In this document: positions 1-9,349 of the stretch, in pieces
Layout: each line of letters starts with the position of its first letter
How positions within the stretch are numbered: position 1 is the stretch's first letter
Virus record (IMG/VR): IMGVR_UViG_3300031965_000034
Location: 1-57,819 of that record
Length of the DNA stretch: 57,819 nucleotides
DNA from: a virus
Lineage: Duplodnaviria; Caudoviricetes
Reading direction: 5' to 3' (one strand)
Translations under genes and position numbers: made by a program
Notes under the pieces: model-generated
Told to the model about the DNA's origin: nothing
Seen by the model: the letters and a program-made list of their open reading frames with translations, nothing else
The model's database searches: none

Positions 1-2
1 GA

Positions 3-770
3 TCATGAGTACGGCACCGTGGCGTAGTCGAAGACCGGGGGCGGCAATCCCGCGACGTCGTCTTCCCCTCCGGTGAGGCGGAGGACGAGTTCGCGGTCTG
101 AGCAGAACGCTCGGCTTGCCCGCGCTTGCTCTGGGGTGCGGAACAGGCAACGGTGTTCGATCTCGTATCGCGCCTCAAGCCGGTGCTGGGGCAGCACCCG
201 GCGCCGCGGCCGGAAGCCGCGCATCGCCCAGACCCGCTCACCGTCGACGAGGGCCGAGTACCAGGCGTGCTTCGTCTCGGCGCGCAGCTCGGGCAGCGGC
301 CGGAAGAGGTGGGGCTGCTGGCTCCGGCTGCCTGCCACCTTGCGATGCCACCCGGTCGCCGGCTCGCGACCGCTGTCGGGCGTCCACATCGGCACGCTGA
401 CGACGTGCTCGCGGACCGTCCCGAGTTCGGCCCGTGCGGCGTCGCGGTCGGCGTGGATGATCCAGTCGGCATCGACGATGGCGATCCAGTCGGAGCCCTT
501 CGCGGCCTCGGCGAGGAGGAACGTGCGCTTCTCGACCTGTCCTGCCCACAGCCTGTTCGGCTCGACGATGACGCAGCCCAGACCGGCCACATGCGCAGTG
601 CCGCGGATAGCCTCGGCCTGATCCGGCGGGCTGGTGACGGTGGCACCGGGATAGCGGGCATAGGCTCCGTCCACGGCCACGATGCGGTCGGCGATCTCGG
701 CCGCACCGAGGACGCAGGCCACGAGATCCTCGGGTCGTTCGTTCCACCAGGACAGGGCGGCGGTGATCAT
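3..770 (-). CDS. GT-A fold (GT2-like) glycosyltransferase
   Basis: MITAALSWWNE...IVAVDGAY...WIAIVDAD (DxD motif); ATG 770 overlaps upstream stop (ATGA). Confidence 0.7.
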   Translation of the reverse strand: MITAALSWWNERPEDLVACVLGAAEIADRIVAVDGAYARYPGATVTSPPDQAEAIRGTAHVAGLGCVIVEPNRLWAGQVEKRTFLLAEAAKGSDWIAIVDADWIIHADRDAARAELGTVREHVVSVPMWTPDSGREPATGWHRKVAGSRSQQPHLFRPLPELRAETKHAWYSALVDGERVWAMRGFRPRRRVLPQHRLEARYEIEHRCLFRTPEQARASRAFCSDRELVLRLTGGEDDVAGLPPPVFDYATVPYS

Positions 771-1648
771 CGACGCAGCCAGTACACGCCGGCGACGCCG
801 GCCAGCAGTCCGCGATAGGTTGGCGGATCCCCGCGCAGCGAGACGAGGAAGTCGCGTTGCTCCGACCCGAGCCGAGGGTCGGCAATAGCCCGGTGACCCT
901 CCCGCCGCCACAGGTCGAGCTCGGACTGGTTGAAGTAGCCGCCGCGATAGTCGGCCGCGAAGCCCGCCGCCTCGCACATCGCCGTGAAGTCGGCTTGGCG
1001 CCACGCCCGCGAGATCGGGCAGCTCTCGCCGTCGGTGGACCGCGAGAACGCCCGCTCGATCGCCAGCCCGGCGTCGATGCCCTCGACGATCTGCCGCTGC
1101 CACGCGACGTAGAGGTGGACCCACAGGCTGTCGCGCGAATAGGCCATGATCGACACCGTGCCGCCCGGCCGGAGAACGCGACGGAACTCGGCTAGGATCG
1201 CGGCCGGATCGGAGACGTGGTGCAGGACGCCCTGGCAGTAGATGTGATCGATCGAGCCTGTGGCGAGCGGAATGGTCGGATCGGCGTCCGATACCTTGAC
1301 CAGCCGCCAGCGATCACTGTCATGCAGTCCTAGTCGCGATCGGGCGAGGGCGAGCGCGGTCGTCGACACGTCGGCCCCGATGACCTCCCGCGCCTTGCCG
1401 TGGACGAGGAAGCCCGTCATGTCGTTCGCCGGTCCGCAGCCGTAGTCGAGCACGACGTCCCGCGAGTGCTCGCCCCACAGACCCATGAGCTCATGGAACA
1501 GCGGGTACTTGGCTGAGCGCCAGTCGAGGAAGGCGAGAGACGCCGCGGCGGTCGCAAACGGCCTCGTCCGGACGGTGTGTGCCGACCAGTACCGATCGAC
1601 GGCGGTCACGGCTTGCGGGTCATAGTTGGTGGCGTAGTCGGCTCTCAT
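767..1648 (-). CDS. Class I SAM-dependent methyltransferase
   Basis: VVLDYGCGPA motif I, IGADVS, IYCQGVLHHV, RRVLRPGG; ATGA-coupled start at 1648. Confidence 0.9.
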   Translation of the reverse strand: MRADYATNYDPQAVTAVDRYWSAHTVRTRPFATAAASLAFLDWRSAKYPLFHELMGLWGEHSRDVVLDYGCGPANDMTGFLVHGKAREVIGADVSTTALALARSRLGLHDSDRWRLVKVSDADPTIPLATGSIDHIYCQGVLHHVSDPAAILAEFRRVLRPGGTVSIMAYSRDSLWVHLYVAWQRQIVEGIDAGLAIERAFSRSTDGESCPISRAWRQADFTAMCEAAGFAADYRGGYFNQSELDLWRREGHRAIADPRLGSEQRDFLVSLRGDPPTYRGLLAGVAGVYWLRR

Positions 1649-2358
1649 GCCGCCACCTCGGCCTGCCGCTCCATGAGGAGGCGCGCCCGCTCGACGAGGT
1701 CCGGCGGATAGACGGCCGCGAGCCGCTCCCACGGGTCGGTCCGCTCGACGACGCCCCACTTCCGCCACATGCCGTCGTATCCGGTGATGAGCGGCCGGTA
1801 GCGGAAGCCGATGTACTGCAGGGGGTGGACGTCGCGCCACTCCAACCGGATCGGGCGCTTGAACCCGCGGATCGTGTTGTGGTCGCAGTTCTTGTTCAGC
1901 GTCTCGGGCAAGGGCCGGAAGCCGACCGGAGCCATGAGCGAGCGGTGGAACATATGCGGCCCGGCGCCGACCTGTCCGACCTTGAGCTCCGCCAGCCGGT
2001 CCAGTTGGACGGGCGCGTACATCCCCGAGGTCCGGGTCATTCGCGGATAGGGAAGTGGCAGGAAGTAGGCCGGGTCGACGAACGAATCGGAGCCGATCGG
2101 CACGATCCACTCGGCACCGTGCCGACCGGCGTACTCCTCGCCGTCATTGAACTTCCGCGACAGGAAGATATTGTCCTGCTCGATGGTGTGCATCCCGAGA
2201 CCGCGGGCCACATCGAGGTTCTCGTCGTCCGCGATGACGACCTGATGCGCCTCGACGCCAACTCGGGCCAGCGCCTCGATGACCTGCTGCCGCTGCTCGA
2301 GACAGATGGCCGTCAACTCGAAGCGTGCGAAGGCGGGGGTAACGAACCAGACGCTCAT
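1645..2358 (-). CDS. GT2-like glycosyltransferase
   Basis: MSVWFVTPAFAR...LSRKFNDG...IGSDSFVDP; ATGA-coupled start. Confidence 0.65.
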   Translation of the reverse strand: MSVWFVTPAFARFELTAICLEQRQQVIEALARVGVEAHQVVIADDENLDVARGLGMHTIEQDNIFLSRKFNDGEEYAGRHGAEWIVPIGSDSFVDPAYFLPLPYPRMTRTSGMYAPVQLDRLAELKVGQVGAGPHMFHRSLMAPVGFRPLPETLNKNCDHNTIRGFKRPIRLEWRDVHPLQYIGFRYRPLITGYDGMWRKWGVVERTDPWERLAAVYPPDLVERARLLMERQAEVAA

Positions 2359-3020
2359 GCCGCGACCCTCGGAGACAAGAGGTCCCAGTCCACCGGGAAC
2401 GTCGCCCGGAGCTTCGGCGTGATGAGGTCGTGCGCCCGGCGGAACCGGCTCTGCGCGTCCTGGTGCCGGACCCACAGCCACGCCGGGGCCTTGTCGAGGA
2501 ACCGCACCGGGGCGAGACGGGCGATCTGCGGGTGGACAGCCTGCTTGACGTGCGCCCTGTCACCCTCGGGTACGTACAGCGACGACCACGCGTTGCGGAT
2601 GTGGACGATCCGCTCGGCCAGACCATCGTTGATCCGGTAGCCGACGGGGAACACGAGCGCCGTCCGCTTCCGCAGCGGCGAGGCCGCCGCGTACAGCCGC
2701 GCGAAGGCGTCAGCGGAGAACCCGTCGTCGTCGTCGATCCGCGTCGTGAGGACCGGCCCGGACCAGTCGATCGCCGTCTCCGCTTCCGCGGTGCTTGTGA
2801 CGGGGATGACCGTATGCCCTGCCGACCGGAAGGCATCGAGCCGGTCCTCACGAAGGGGATCGTCGGGCGCGACGAAGGCCAGCCACGTCCAGTCACCGTC
2901 CTGCGCGGCGAGGGATCGGGCGGTGATGCCCCGGAGGAGGCCTATCCGGCGGGCGTTCGCATCGAGCGGGTAGTCGGGGCCCCGGTACGAGCGGGTCATG
3001 AGGTAGTGACGGAGGGTCAC
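2355..3020 (-). CDS. Putative rhamnosyltransferase-like GT-A protein
   Basis: SLAAQDGDWTWL...TTRIDDDD motif typical of the putative rhamnosyl transferase family. Confidence 0.7.
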   Translation of the reverse strand: MTLRHYLMTRSYRGPDYPLDANARRIGLLRGITARSLAAQDGDWTWLAFVAPDDPLREDRLDAFRSAGHTVIPVTSTAEAETAIDWSGPVLTTRIDDDDGFSADAFARLYAAASPLRKRTALVFPVGYRINDGLAERIVHIRNAWSSLYVPEGDRAHVKQAVHPQIARLAPVRFLDKAPAWLWVRHQDAQSRFRRAHDLITPKLRATFPVDWDLLSPRVAA

Positions 3021-3352
3021 GCAGGCACCGCCTCACGCGCGACTCGCGCACCTTCCTCCACGCCGTTGAAGAACGTCCACCCCTCGTCGAGAGTGAAGGC
3101 GACGTGACCGACATTGCCGATCGTGATACCGAATAGATCCTTGCGGAACCGCTGTCGGCCGCGCCAATCCGGCTCGCTGTAGCAGTTGGTCGTGATCGTG
3201 GCGAAGATCCCGGTGTCAGCGAGCAGCAAGCCCGCCCGCCACCGCAGCTTCGTCAGGTCGTCCCATCCTTGATCGAGGGGCGGCTGAACGTGGCCCTCAC
3301 GGTCATGGATCACGATGAGCGGATCGTGGATGTCCAAGTCGTCGTCGTTCAC
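3017..3352 (-). CDS. Hypothetical protein
   Basis: GTGA-coupled ORF with coding-like composition. Confidence 0.6.
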   Translation of the reverse strand: MNDDDLDIHDPLIVIHDREGHVQPPLDQGWDDLTKLRWRAGLLLADTGIFATITTNCYSEPDWRGRQRFRKDLFGITIGNVGHVAFTLDEGWTFFNGVEEGARVAREAVPA

Positions 3353-3489
3353 GCCGCAACGTCCTGACAGAAGCACGGATCGCTGCCGTGCTCCCAATAC
3401 GGCCAATAGCAGCCACTCGACAGGTGGTCATCGGTTCTGTGCCAGCAAACAGCGCACCGACCCAGGAGGAACGCGATCAGCGCTCTCAC
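3349..3489 (-). CDS. Small Cys/His-rich protein (46 aa)
   Basis: Read by hand: MRALIAFLLGRCAVCWHRTDDHLSSGCYWPYWEHGSDPCFCQDVAA; coupled at both ends. Confidence 0.6.
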   Translation of the reverse strand: MRALIAFLLGRCAVCWHRTDDHLSSGCYWPYWEHGSDPCFCQDVAA

Positions 3490-4313
3490 GCTGCTACCTC
3501 CTGACCGACCTTCGCTCGGAGCGCCTGCACCTCGGCGACGAGCGCGATCTTGAGCGGCGCCGGGATGAGGGTCTCGCGGTAGGCGCGGATCGCGACGGCA
3601 CGTTGGGCCGGGTCCGGGATGCGGCGGGCGATGTGCTCGCAGCGGGCCACGATCTCGCGGTTGCGTCGGCGCATCTGCTGGCGAGCCGGGGAGTCGCGCC
3701 GGGTGTCTGGGTGGGTGCAGAGCGAGCCCTCGCGGCCGAGGCGGTTGTACGTCATGAAGTCCGACACCGCGACCGGCCGGACGTTCCGCATGACCCGGAG
3801 CGTGAGCGAGTCCTGGCCCAGCCTCTCGGCCGGGTTGTGGGCCCCGATCTCCGTGTAGCGCGACGTCCGGTAGATGCCGACCTCGTATGCCTTGCGCTGG
3901 CCGCGGGCGAAGTCTCCGGGGACCGGCGTCCCATGACAGCGGAGGTGGCCGGGGTCGCCGGGGCAGTAGGCGTCGTTGTGGTAGCGGACCCCGCCCGAGG
4001 CCACGTCCTTGCCGTACGCGAGGAGGCGCTCGATGTGGTCGGGGTCGATCCAGTCATCCGCGGCCACGGGCGCGTACCAGGCGTGGGGGCTGGCCCAGAT
4101 CGCCACGTCCTGCGCGAAGTACGCGCCTCGGTTGACGGGGTAGCTGTGGACGATGAGTCGGTCGTCGCGGATCCCCGAGAGGGGCGGCTCATCGCCGTCG
4201 CCGATGACGACGCACACGAGGTCGCGGTAGGTCTGGGCGAGGACGCTCTCGACCGCACGCCGGACGTACTCGCGGGTCGGGGCGTAGTGGGTGACGCTGA
4301 CGAGGACGGTCAT
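3486..4313 (-). CDS. GT2 family glycosyltransferase
   Basis: YVRRAVESVLAQTYRDL, NRGAYFAQD, AADDW motifs. Confidence 0.9.
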   Translation of the reverse strand: MTVLVSVTHYAPTREYVRRAVESVLAQTYRDLVCVVIGDGDEPPLSGIRDDRLIVHSYPVNRGAYFAQDVAIWASPHAWYAPVAADDWIDPDHIERLLAYGKDVASGGVRYHNDAYCPGDPGHLRCHGTPVPGDFARGQRKAYEVGIYRTSRYTEIGAHNPAERLGQDSLTLRVMRNVRPVAVSDFMTYNRLGREGSLCTHPDTRRDSPARQQMRRRNREIVARCEHIARRIPDPAQRAVAIRAYRETLIPAPLKIALVAEVQALRAKVGQEVAA

Positions 4314-4416
4314 CGTCGCGCCGCCCGAAGCAATCCGAACTCCGGTCGGAGAACGATCTTCCAGCGGCCCAGCTTGAGCATCAGGCAGCGCACGCCATTG
4401 AGTTCGAACCGTTGGA

Positions 4417-4608
4417 TCACGACGTCACCAGCGCTTCCGAGTGGGACTGGTGCTGCCAGCAGAAACGCTCTCCCTGCCCGGTCCGTCGCTCGCAACGATG
4501 GACGCCGTCCGGCTGGGCGTAGCCCCGCGGCCACGGCCCAGCGGTGTGCCATTGGCACTGCCGATCCGGCGGGCCGAAAGGCACGGGGGCCACGTTGTAC
4601 GACCTCAC
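4417..4608 (-). CDS. Small hypothetical protein
   Basis: GTGA-coupled; C...C...CWQH; ends SEALVTS like the upstream gene. Confidence 0.5.
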   Translation of the reverse strand: MRSYNVAPVPFGPPDRQCQWHTAGPWPRGYAQPDGVHRCERRTGQGERFCWQHQSHSEALVTS

Positions 4609-4976
4609 GATGTCACCAGCGCTTCGGACCGGACGCGCTTGCAGTCCACTTCCAGGTGGTCAGAGACCGTGCCGTATGCGAAGTCCCGGATCCCCGTGAC
4701 CTCGTACCGGTCGCCGTCGTCGGTCGCGTACCGGATGTAGCTCGCGTTCTCGACCGGGGCGGTCCGCAGCAGGAAGACGGTGTGGTCCGACACCTGCGCC
4801 CCGGCCTGGCTGATGAGCGCGATCTCGCGGGCCGACTTCGGCTGGATGAGCCCCGAGACGAGCGTCACCGTCGGCTCGCCTGGGATGGGCTGGCCGTACT
4901 CGTCCGTGGCCGTGCCGACGTCGTCGGTCGGAGTGACGATGGCGAGGGCGTGGATCAACCTGTCGCTGATCGGCAT
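4605..4976 (-). CDS. Head closure / head-tail adaptor (SPP1 gp16-like)
   Basis: DEYGQP...YEVTGI...HLEV pattern; size and position after connector. Confidence 0.75.
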   Translation of the reverse strand: MPISDRLIHALAIVTPTDDVGTATDEYGQPIPGEPTVTLVSGLIQPKSAREIALISQAGAQVSDHTVFLLRTAPVENASYIRYATDDGDRYEVTGIRDFAYGTVSDHLEVDCKRVRSEALVTS

Positions 4977-5350
4977 CAGCTCGGCCCGCTCGTGCGCGTG
5001 GTGTCGGCGCTGATCGCGAGCCGCCCCGACAGCGGGGTCCGCACGTCGCCGGCCATGTCGTCGATCTGCACATCCCAGTAGAGGGAGCGGGCGATGACGT
5101 GGTCGGTCAGATCCTCGGTGTCCTCGGGGTCGAGCGTGATCGTTGCCGTCCCGAGCGTCGGGTCGTAATCGGTCACGATCCCGGAAGCGGTCGAGAGGCT
5201 GATGACAGCCTGCGCGTCGGTGTCGGTTCGGCGGCGCTTGGCGGTGAAGGTGATGGTGATCCCGGTCAAATCAACAGCCACACCGTCGGCATCGACGACG
5301 GCGATGTCGAACGCCTGCTTGTCGCCCCGGACCATCGAGAGGAGGCTCAT
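4976..5350 (-). CDS. Virion protein with BppU-N-like domain
   Basis: RGD...VDLTG...FTAK...TITLDPEDT...YWDVQI pattern. Confidence 0.6.
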   Translation of the reverse strand: MSLLSMVRGDKQAFDIAVVDADGVAVDLTGITITFTAKRRRTDTDAQAVISLSTASGIVTDYDPTLGTATITLDPEDTEDLTDHVIARSLYWDVQIDDMAGDVRTPLSGRLAISADTTRTSGPS

Positions 5351-6639
5351 TCGATCTCCCCGCTGTACGTCGCCGGCGTGATCGTGCCGCTGTAGGCGTC
5401 ACCGAGGACGGCACCGCTCATGCGCCCGGGCGGGAGCGTGGCTCGCAGGTGCTCGATGCGGACCACCTCGCCGCCTGCCCGGCGTCCGAGGATCGTGGCG
5501 AGAACGACGGCGGGCAAGCCGGGACCCGTCACGTCTCGGATGAACGTCGCCGACCCTCCGCCCGTGGCGGTGAGCACGCCACTGCGGGCCGTCGAGGTGA
5601 GCGACGTCAGCACGCCGCCCCCGGACATCAGCGCAGCGCCGTAGCGGGCCGATTCCACGGACAGCGTGGCCACGCCGCCGCCCGTGGCCGTCAGGGCGAA
5701 GCGCCGGTCGGCCATGACTGCGAGGGTCAGGACGCCGCCGCCAGTTGCGACGAGCGCGCCGGAATGGCTCTCGGCCGAGCCCCCGTTGAACGTCGCGACA
5801 CCGCTGCCGGTGCCGGTGAGGGTGCCGGCCCGCGCGGTCGTCTCCGCCACGGCGAACACACCGCCTCCGGCCCCGGTAAGGGTCGCGGCGCGGTCCGTGG
5901 ATCCGGAGAGGGTCGCGGCCCCGGCGCCGGTCCCGGTGAGCGCAGACGATCGCTCAGAGGTGGGCGCGAACGTCCCCACGCCGCCGCCGGTCGCCACAAG
6001 GGCGGTCGGGCGGTCGGTCGTCGTGCCGAGTACCGCCACGCCGCCGGCCGTGGCGACGAGCGCACCCGAATGGGCTTCACTACCCGAGCCCGTCTCGTAT
6101 GTGAAGGTGGCAACGCCGCCGCCCGTGCCGACGAGAACCGCGTTCCGTTGGCTATCGGCTGGGGAGGTGAACAGGCCCGCGCCCGTCCCGACGAGCGGAC
6201 TCGTCGCGCCCTTCCTGGCACTGGTGGTCAGGACCCCGCCACCCGTGCCCGAGAGCGTCCCACTATGGAGCTCCGGTCCGGCGGAGACCTCGACGGTCTG
6301 TGTCGCCGAGAACACGGTGTAGCTGCCGCCGGTCGCCGGCGCACCGGCCATGCGGACCGTGTAGGAGCCGGACGTATCGCAGGTGACGGTGATGCTCTGC
6401 TGGGCCTGTGAGTTGCTGTTCGTGACCGGGTTCGTGTCCGCCGTGATGAGGCCCGTGCCCGAGGCTCCGATCGTCACATATCCGCCGCCGTCGTCGACCT
6501 CCCATTTGAAGTCGTACCGGGTGACCCCGCCAGACCCACTGAACGCAGGCGTGCCCGAGAAGGCGAACGTATCGGTGACGTCCGCCGTTACGGGCGCTGC
6601 TGGCGCGTCCAGCGAGATGCTGTCGAGGACCTTGGCCAT
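5347..6639 (-). CDS. Gly/Thr/Ala-rich repeat virion protein (possible head or neck fibre)
   Basis: Ig-like N-terminal part, then repeated SG(A/T)L(V/T)(A/G)TGGGV units; lies among neck genes. Confidence 0.6.
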   Translation of the reverse strand: MAKVLDSISLDAPAAPVTADVTDTFAFSGTPAFSGSGGVTRYDFKWEVDDGGGYVTIGASGTGLITADTNPVTNSNSQAQQSITVTCDTSGSYTVRMAGAPATGGSYTVFSATQTVEVSAGPELHSGTLSGTGGGVLTTSARKGATSPLVGTGAGLFTSPADSQRNAVLVGTGGGVATFTYETGSGSEAHSGALVATAGGVAVLGTTTDRPTALVATGGGVGTFAPTSERSSALTGTGAGAATLSGSTDRAATLTGAGGGVFAVAETTARAGTLTGTGSGVATFNGGSAESHSGALVATGGGVLTLAVMADRRFALTATGGGVATLSVESARYGAALMSGGGVLTSLTSTARSGVLTATGGGSATFIRDVTGPGLPAVVLATILGRRAGGEVVRIEHLRATLPPGRMSGAVLGDAYSGTITPATYSGEIE

Positions 6640-6642
6640 GTG

Positions 6643-7014
6643 CTACGCGTCGTTCAGATCGAGCGAGGAGCCGGCCGCCGTGATCGTGTACGTGCCCTGC
6701 GCGCCGAACGCCTCGTCGGTGACGTCCTTTTTGAGGTAGCGCACGGTCCCCGCGGTGTTCCACAGGGACAGCCAAGCCACGGTCGTCGCGGCCGGGATGT
6801 CAACGACGACGTCGCCGTTCTGCGCGGCGGCGCCGGCGGCGGCAGCGCTCCACGCGATGGCCTTGCGGGCATACGCCGGGGAACCCCCGGACACCTCGTT
6901 TGCGGCGGTGTTCGCTGCTCCGGGATCGCCGGTGTGGGCGGCCACCCTGACCGCGAGGGCCGCGAGGGCGTCGAGCATGACGTTCTTGGCTTCGGCGTCG
7001 TAATCGTTCGCCAT
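6643..7014 (-). CDS. Small virion structural protein
   Basis: AHTGDPG...ANEVSGGSPAYARKAIAW motif common in siphovirus neck-region proteins; RBS AGGAG. Confidence 0.7.
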   Translation of the reverse strand: MANDYDAEAKNVMLDALAALAVRVAAHTGDPGAANTAANEVSGGSPAYARKAIAWSAAAAGAAAQNGDVVVDIPAATTVAWLSLWNTAGTVRYLKKDVTDEAFGAQGTYTITAAGSSLDLNDA

Positions 7015-7028
7015 CGGGGTCTCCTAAC

Positions 7029-7571
7029 TCACCAGATGCCCACGGTCTGTGGATTGAGCGACGCGAGGATGTCGGCCCGCTGCTCGGGGTACGAACGGCC
7101 CTGCTGGTAGGACTCGGACCACGAGCCGATGGTCTGGGTGACGAGCGTCGGGTTGAACGCGATCTCGAGCTTCACGAGCTCCAGCTGGGCGACGTCTCGG
7201 ATGGCGAGGTCGGACTGGGGGAGGTACGTCACGAACGTCCGGTATCGCCAGTAGAGGGCCGCGTTCGTGCCGTCGCTGAGACGGCGGAGGATGTTGCCCG
7301 ACTGACTGAGTTCGTAGTCATCGGCCGCCAGCGTCGTCGCGCTTGCCCCGGTTCCCTCGATGACCTCGCTCACCGATTCGGCCTGCCGCGAGAGCATGAG
7401 CAGGGGGCCGATACCACGCGGGGTGAGGATCTCGGTGATCGTCCCGTCCGAGGCGTACGGCCCGGCGGCCAGGATGATCGACTCGTAGGCGGCGTCGAGG
7501 AGACGCTGGATCGCCTCGTCGCCGAGCGACGAAGTGACGTGCTCGCGGAACTGGTCGACCGTCAGCGTCAC
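7029..7571 (-). CDS. Head-tail connector (HK97 gp6-like)
   Basis: TVDQFREHV...DEAIQRLLDAA...TIGSWSESY; follows capsid gene. Confidence 0.7.
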   Translation of the reverse strand: MTLTVDQFREHVTSSLGDEAIQRLLDAAYESIILAAGPYASDGTITEILTPRGIGPLLMLSRQAESVSEVIEGTGASATTLAADDYELSQSGNILRRLSDGTNAALYWRYRTFVTYLPQSDLAIRDVAQLELVKLEIAFNPTLVTQTIGSWSESYQQGRSYPEQRADILASLNPQTVGIW

Positions 7572-7769
7572 TCAGCCCTCCGCGCGAGGCGCGGACTTGG
7601 CGAACGAGAGCGGCTCGAACGCGTCAGGCCGGACGCGGAGCAACGGATGGTCGGCCGGGAACGTCTGGCCGCGAATGTACTGGTAGATGACGCCCTTGAT
7701 TTTGAACACGCCTGAGGAACGGGCGCGGAAGATGCCGGTCGGACTGATCGGTGGTGTGTAACGAGCCAT
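7572..7769 (-). CDS. Small capsid-region protein
   Basis: AGGAGG RBS; GQTFPADHPLLRVRPDAFEP. Confidence 0.7.
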   Translation of the reverse strand: MARYTPPISPTGIFRARSSGVFKIKGVIYQYIRGQTFPADHPLLRVRPDAFEPLSFAKSAPRAEG

Positions 7770-7775
7770 GATGCG

Positions 7776-7830
7776 CTGGCCTCCTGTGTGGCCCTGTCTC
7801 TCCGGAGGCCAGTCGCGGAGAGACAGGGCC
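7776..7830 (-). promoter_or_regulatory. 15-bp hairpin after capsid gene whose loop can pair with the downstream SD (pseudoknot)
   Basis: Perfect stem 7790-7804/7816-7830; 7804-7812 is complementary to 7776-7784, the SD of gene 7769. Confidence 0.7.
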
Positions 7831-7846
7831 GGGATGTCTGTTGGGT

Positions 7847-9349
7847 TTAGATGCCGGTTGTCACGACGCCGATGGTCAGCACGCGGAACGCGCTGTCGAC
7901 GAGGACGACGGAGCTGTTTCGCCAGTAGGCGAACAGGCCGCGCTCACCGGTCGGGTTGCCGTCACCGTTGACCATGTGCGGGATCAACTCGACGGTGAGG
8001 CCGATCTTGTTCACGATCAGGAACTGGTTGAAGTCCCCGAAGATCGCGACCCGGCCTGCCGCGGTCGTGAAGTCCGACTCCATCGCTGAGCTGTTGTGGC
8101 GGGGGTAGCCGAGCAGCCCCAGGGGCTCGCCGGCCGCGAGGGGCCGGTAGTCCGACGACACGCCTGCGGCGTGATCGAGGCGCTCGGATTCGGTGTAGAC
8201 CGCGCGATGGGCCAGCCACCGTGCACGCGGCTCCCAGCGGTCGCCCAGGCGGGTCGTCAGGACCCGCAGGTCGCCCGTGTCGAAGCCGTCACCGGTCGTC
8301 CCGACGTTGTACGCGGCGGCGATGCCGTAGAGGACACCCTCCGGCTCGTTGGAGCCGGTGCCGTTGACGAACTTCTCGGCCTCGAGGGTGTCCTTGGCGT
8401 CCTGGAGCAGGCGCGCCATCTCGCCCTGGAGCCGCGGCCAGTCGCCGTCGGACTCGATGCTGAACTTGATGAGCGCCTTTGCCTTACGGACGGTCACCTC
8501 AGGCTGGCCGAACGACGGGGCCCCGTCCGTGACGGCCACGGCCTCAGTGCCGTACGAGGCGGTCACGCCGGAGGTCGTGACGCCCTTCCACGTGTTGCCG
8601 ACGTTGAGCTGCTCGACGCGGGCAATTGTGGGCAGCGGGTTGACCGAGCCGTCCGAGGTCAGGATGACCGTCGGGTCGAGCTGGAACGGGACGTTGTACC
8701 CGCCGGTCGTCGTGGTGCCGACGGTGGCGATTGCCGCGCGCTCCCGCTCGGTCAGATGCTCGGGACCGAACGCCAGCACCTTGGCGAATGCCCGGTGGTA
8801 GTCGGGCGAGCCCGTCGCCATCATGTGGCGGGCAAGGACCGACGGGTCGAAGCCGTTCTCGATCTGTCGATCGGGCACGGGCAACGCGAGCAACTTGTGG
8901 ATCCGCGCCACCGACCGCTCCGGCGTCGCCGCTTCGTGGGGGTAGAACGCCTGCTCGGCGATCTTCTTTGCGCCGTCCACCATGAGCGAGCGCATCGCGG
9001 TCTCGCTCGATGTCCGTCCGCGGTACTCGGGGATGTCGAACAGATTGTCGGGGAGCTTGGTCACCGCACGAGGGCCGCGCGAGGCGAGGTCGATGCCAGA
9101 GCGCTCGACGTGCCGCTCGTCACCGGCAAGGACCAGGAGGCGCGCCTGCCGGGCCTCGAATTCCTTCTTGCGTTCCACGGCCCTCTTGCTGAGGTCACCG
9201 AGGTCAGCGAACTCCTCCTGAGCCGGTTCATCGAACTGGCGACCGGTGTACTCGCCCTCGAGTTCGTTGGAACGGGCCTTGACCCGCTCAATGAATCCTT
9301 GGACATCCTCGGGCGTCTTGGTCGCCTCGAGGTCGTTGAGAGTCAGCAT
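7847..9349 (-). CDS. Major capsid protein, HK97 fold, with N-terminal scaffold (delta) domain
   Basis: GGYNVPFQLD, FVNGTGSNEPEG, LLGYP, IFGDF motifs. Confidence 0.95.
   Translation of the reverse strand: MLTLNDLEATKTPEDVQGFIERVKARSNELEGEYTGRQFDEPAQEEFADLGDLSKRAVERKKEFEARQARLLVLAGDERHVERSGIDLASRGPRAVTKLPDNLFDIPEYRGRTSSETAMRSLMVDGAKKIAEQAFYPHEAATPERSVARIHKLLALPVPDRQIENGFDPSVLARHMMATGSPDYHRAFAKVLAFGPEHLTERERAAIATVGTTTTGGYNVPFQLDPTVILTSDGSVNPLPTIARVEQLNVGNTWKGVTTSGVTASYGTEAVAVTDGAPSFGQPEVTVRKAKALIKFSIESDGDWPRLQGEMARLLQDAKDTLEAEKFVNGTGSNEPEGVLYGIAAAYNVGTTGDGFDTGDLRVLTTRLGDRWEPRARWLAHRAVYTESERLDHAAGVSSDYRPLAAGEPLGLLGYPRHNSSAMESDFTTAAGRVAIFGDFNQFLIVNKIGLTVELIPHMVNGDGNPTGERGLFAYWRNSSVVLVDSAFRVLTIGVVTTGI

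Noticed and set aside
3315-5081. 588-aa plus-strand ORF
   Set aside because: Antisense to clear GT2 and head-closure genes; no motifs
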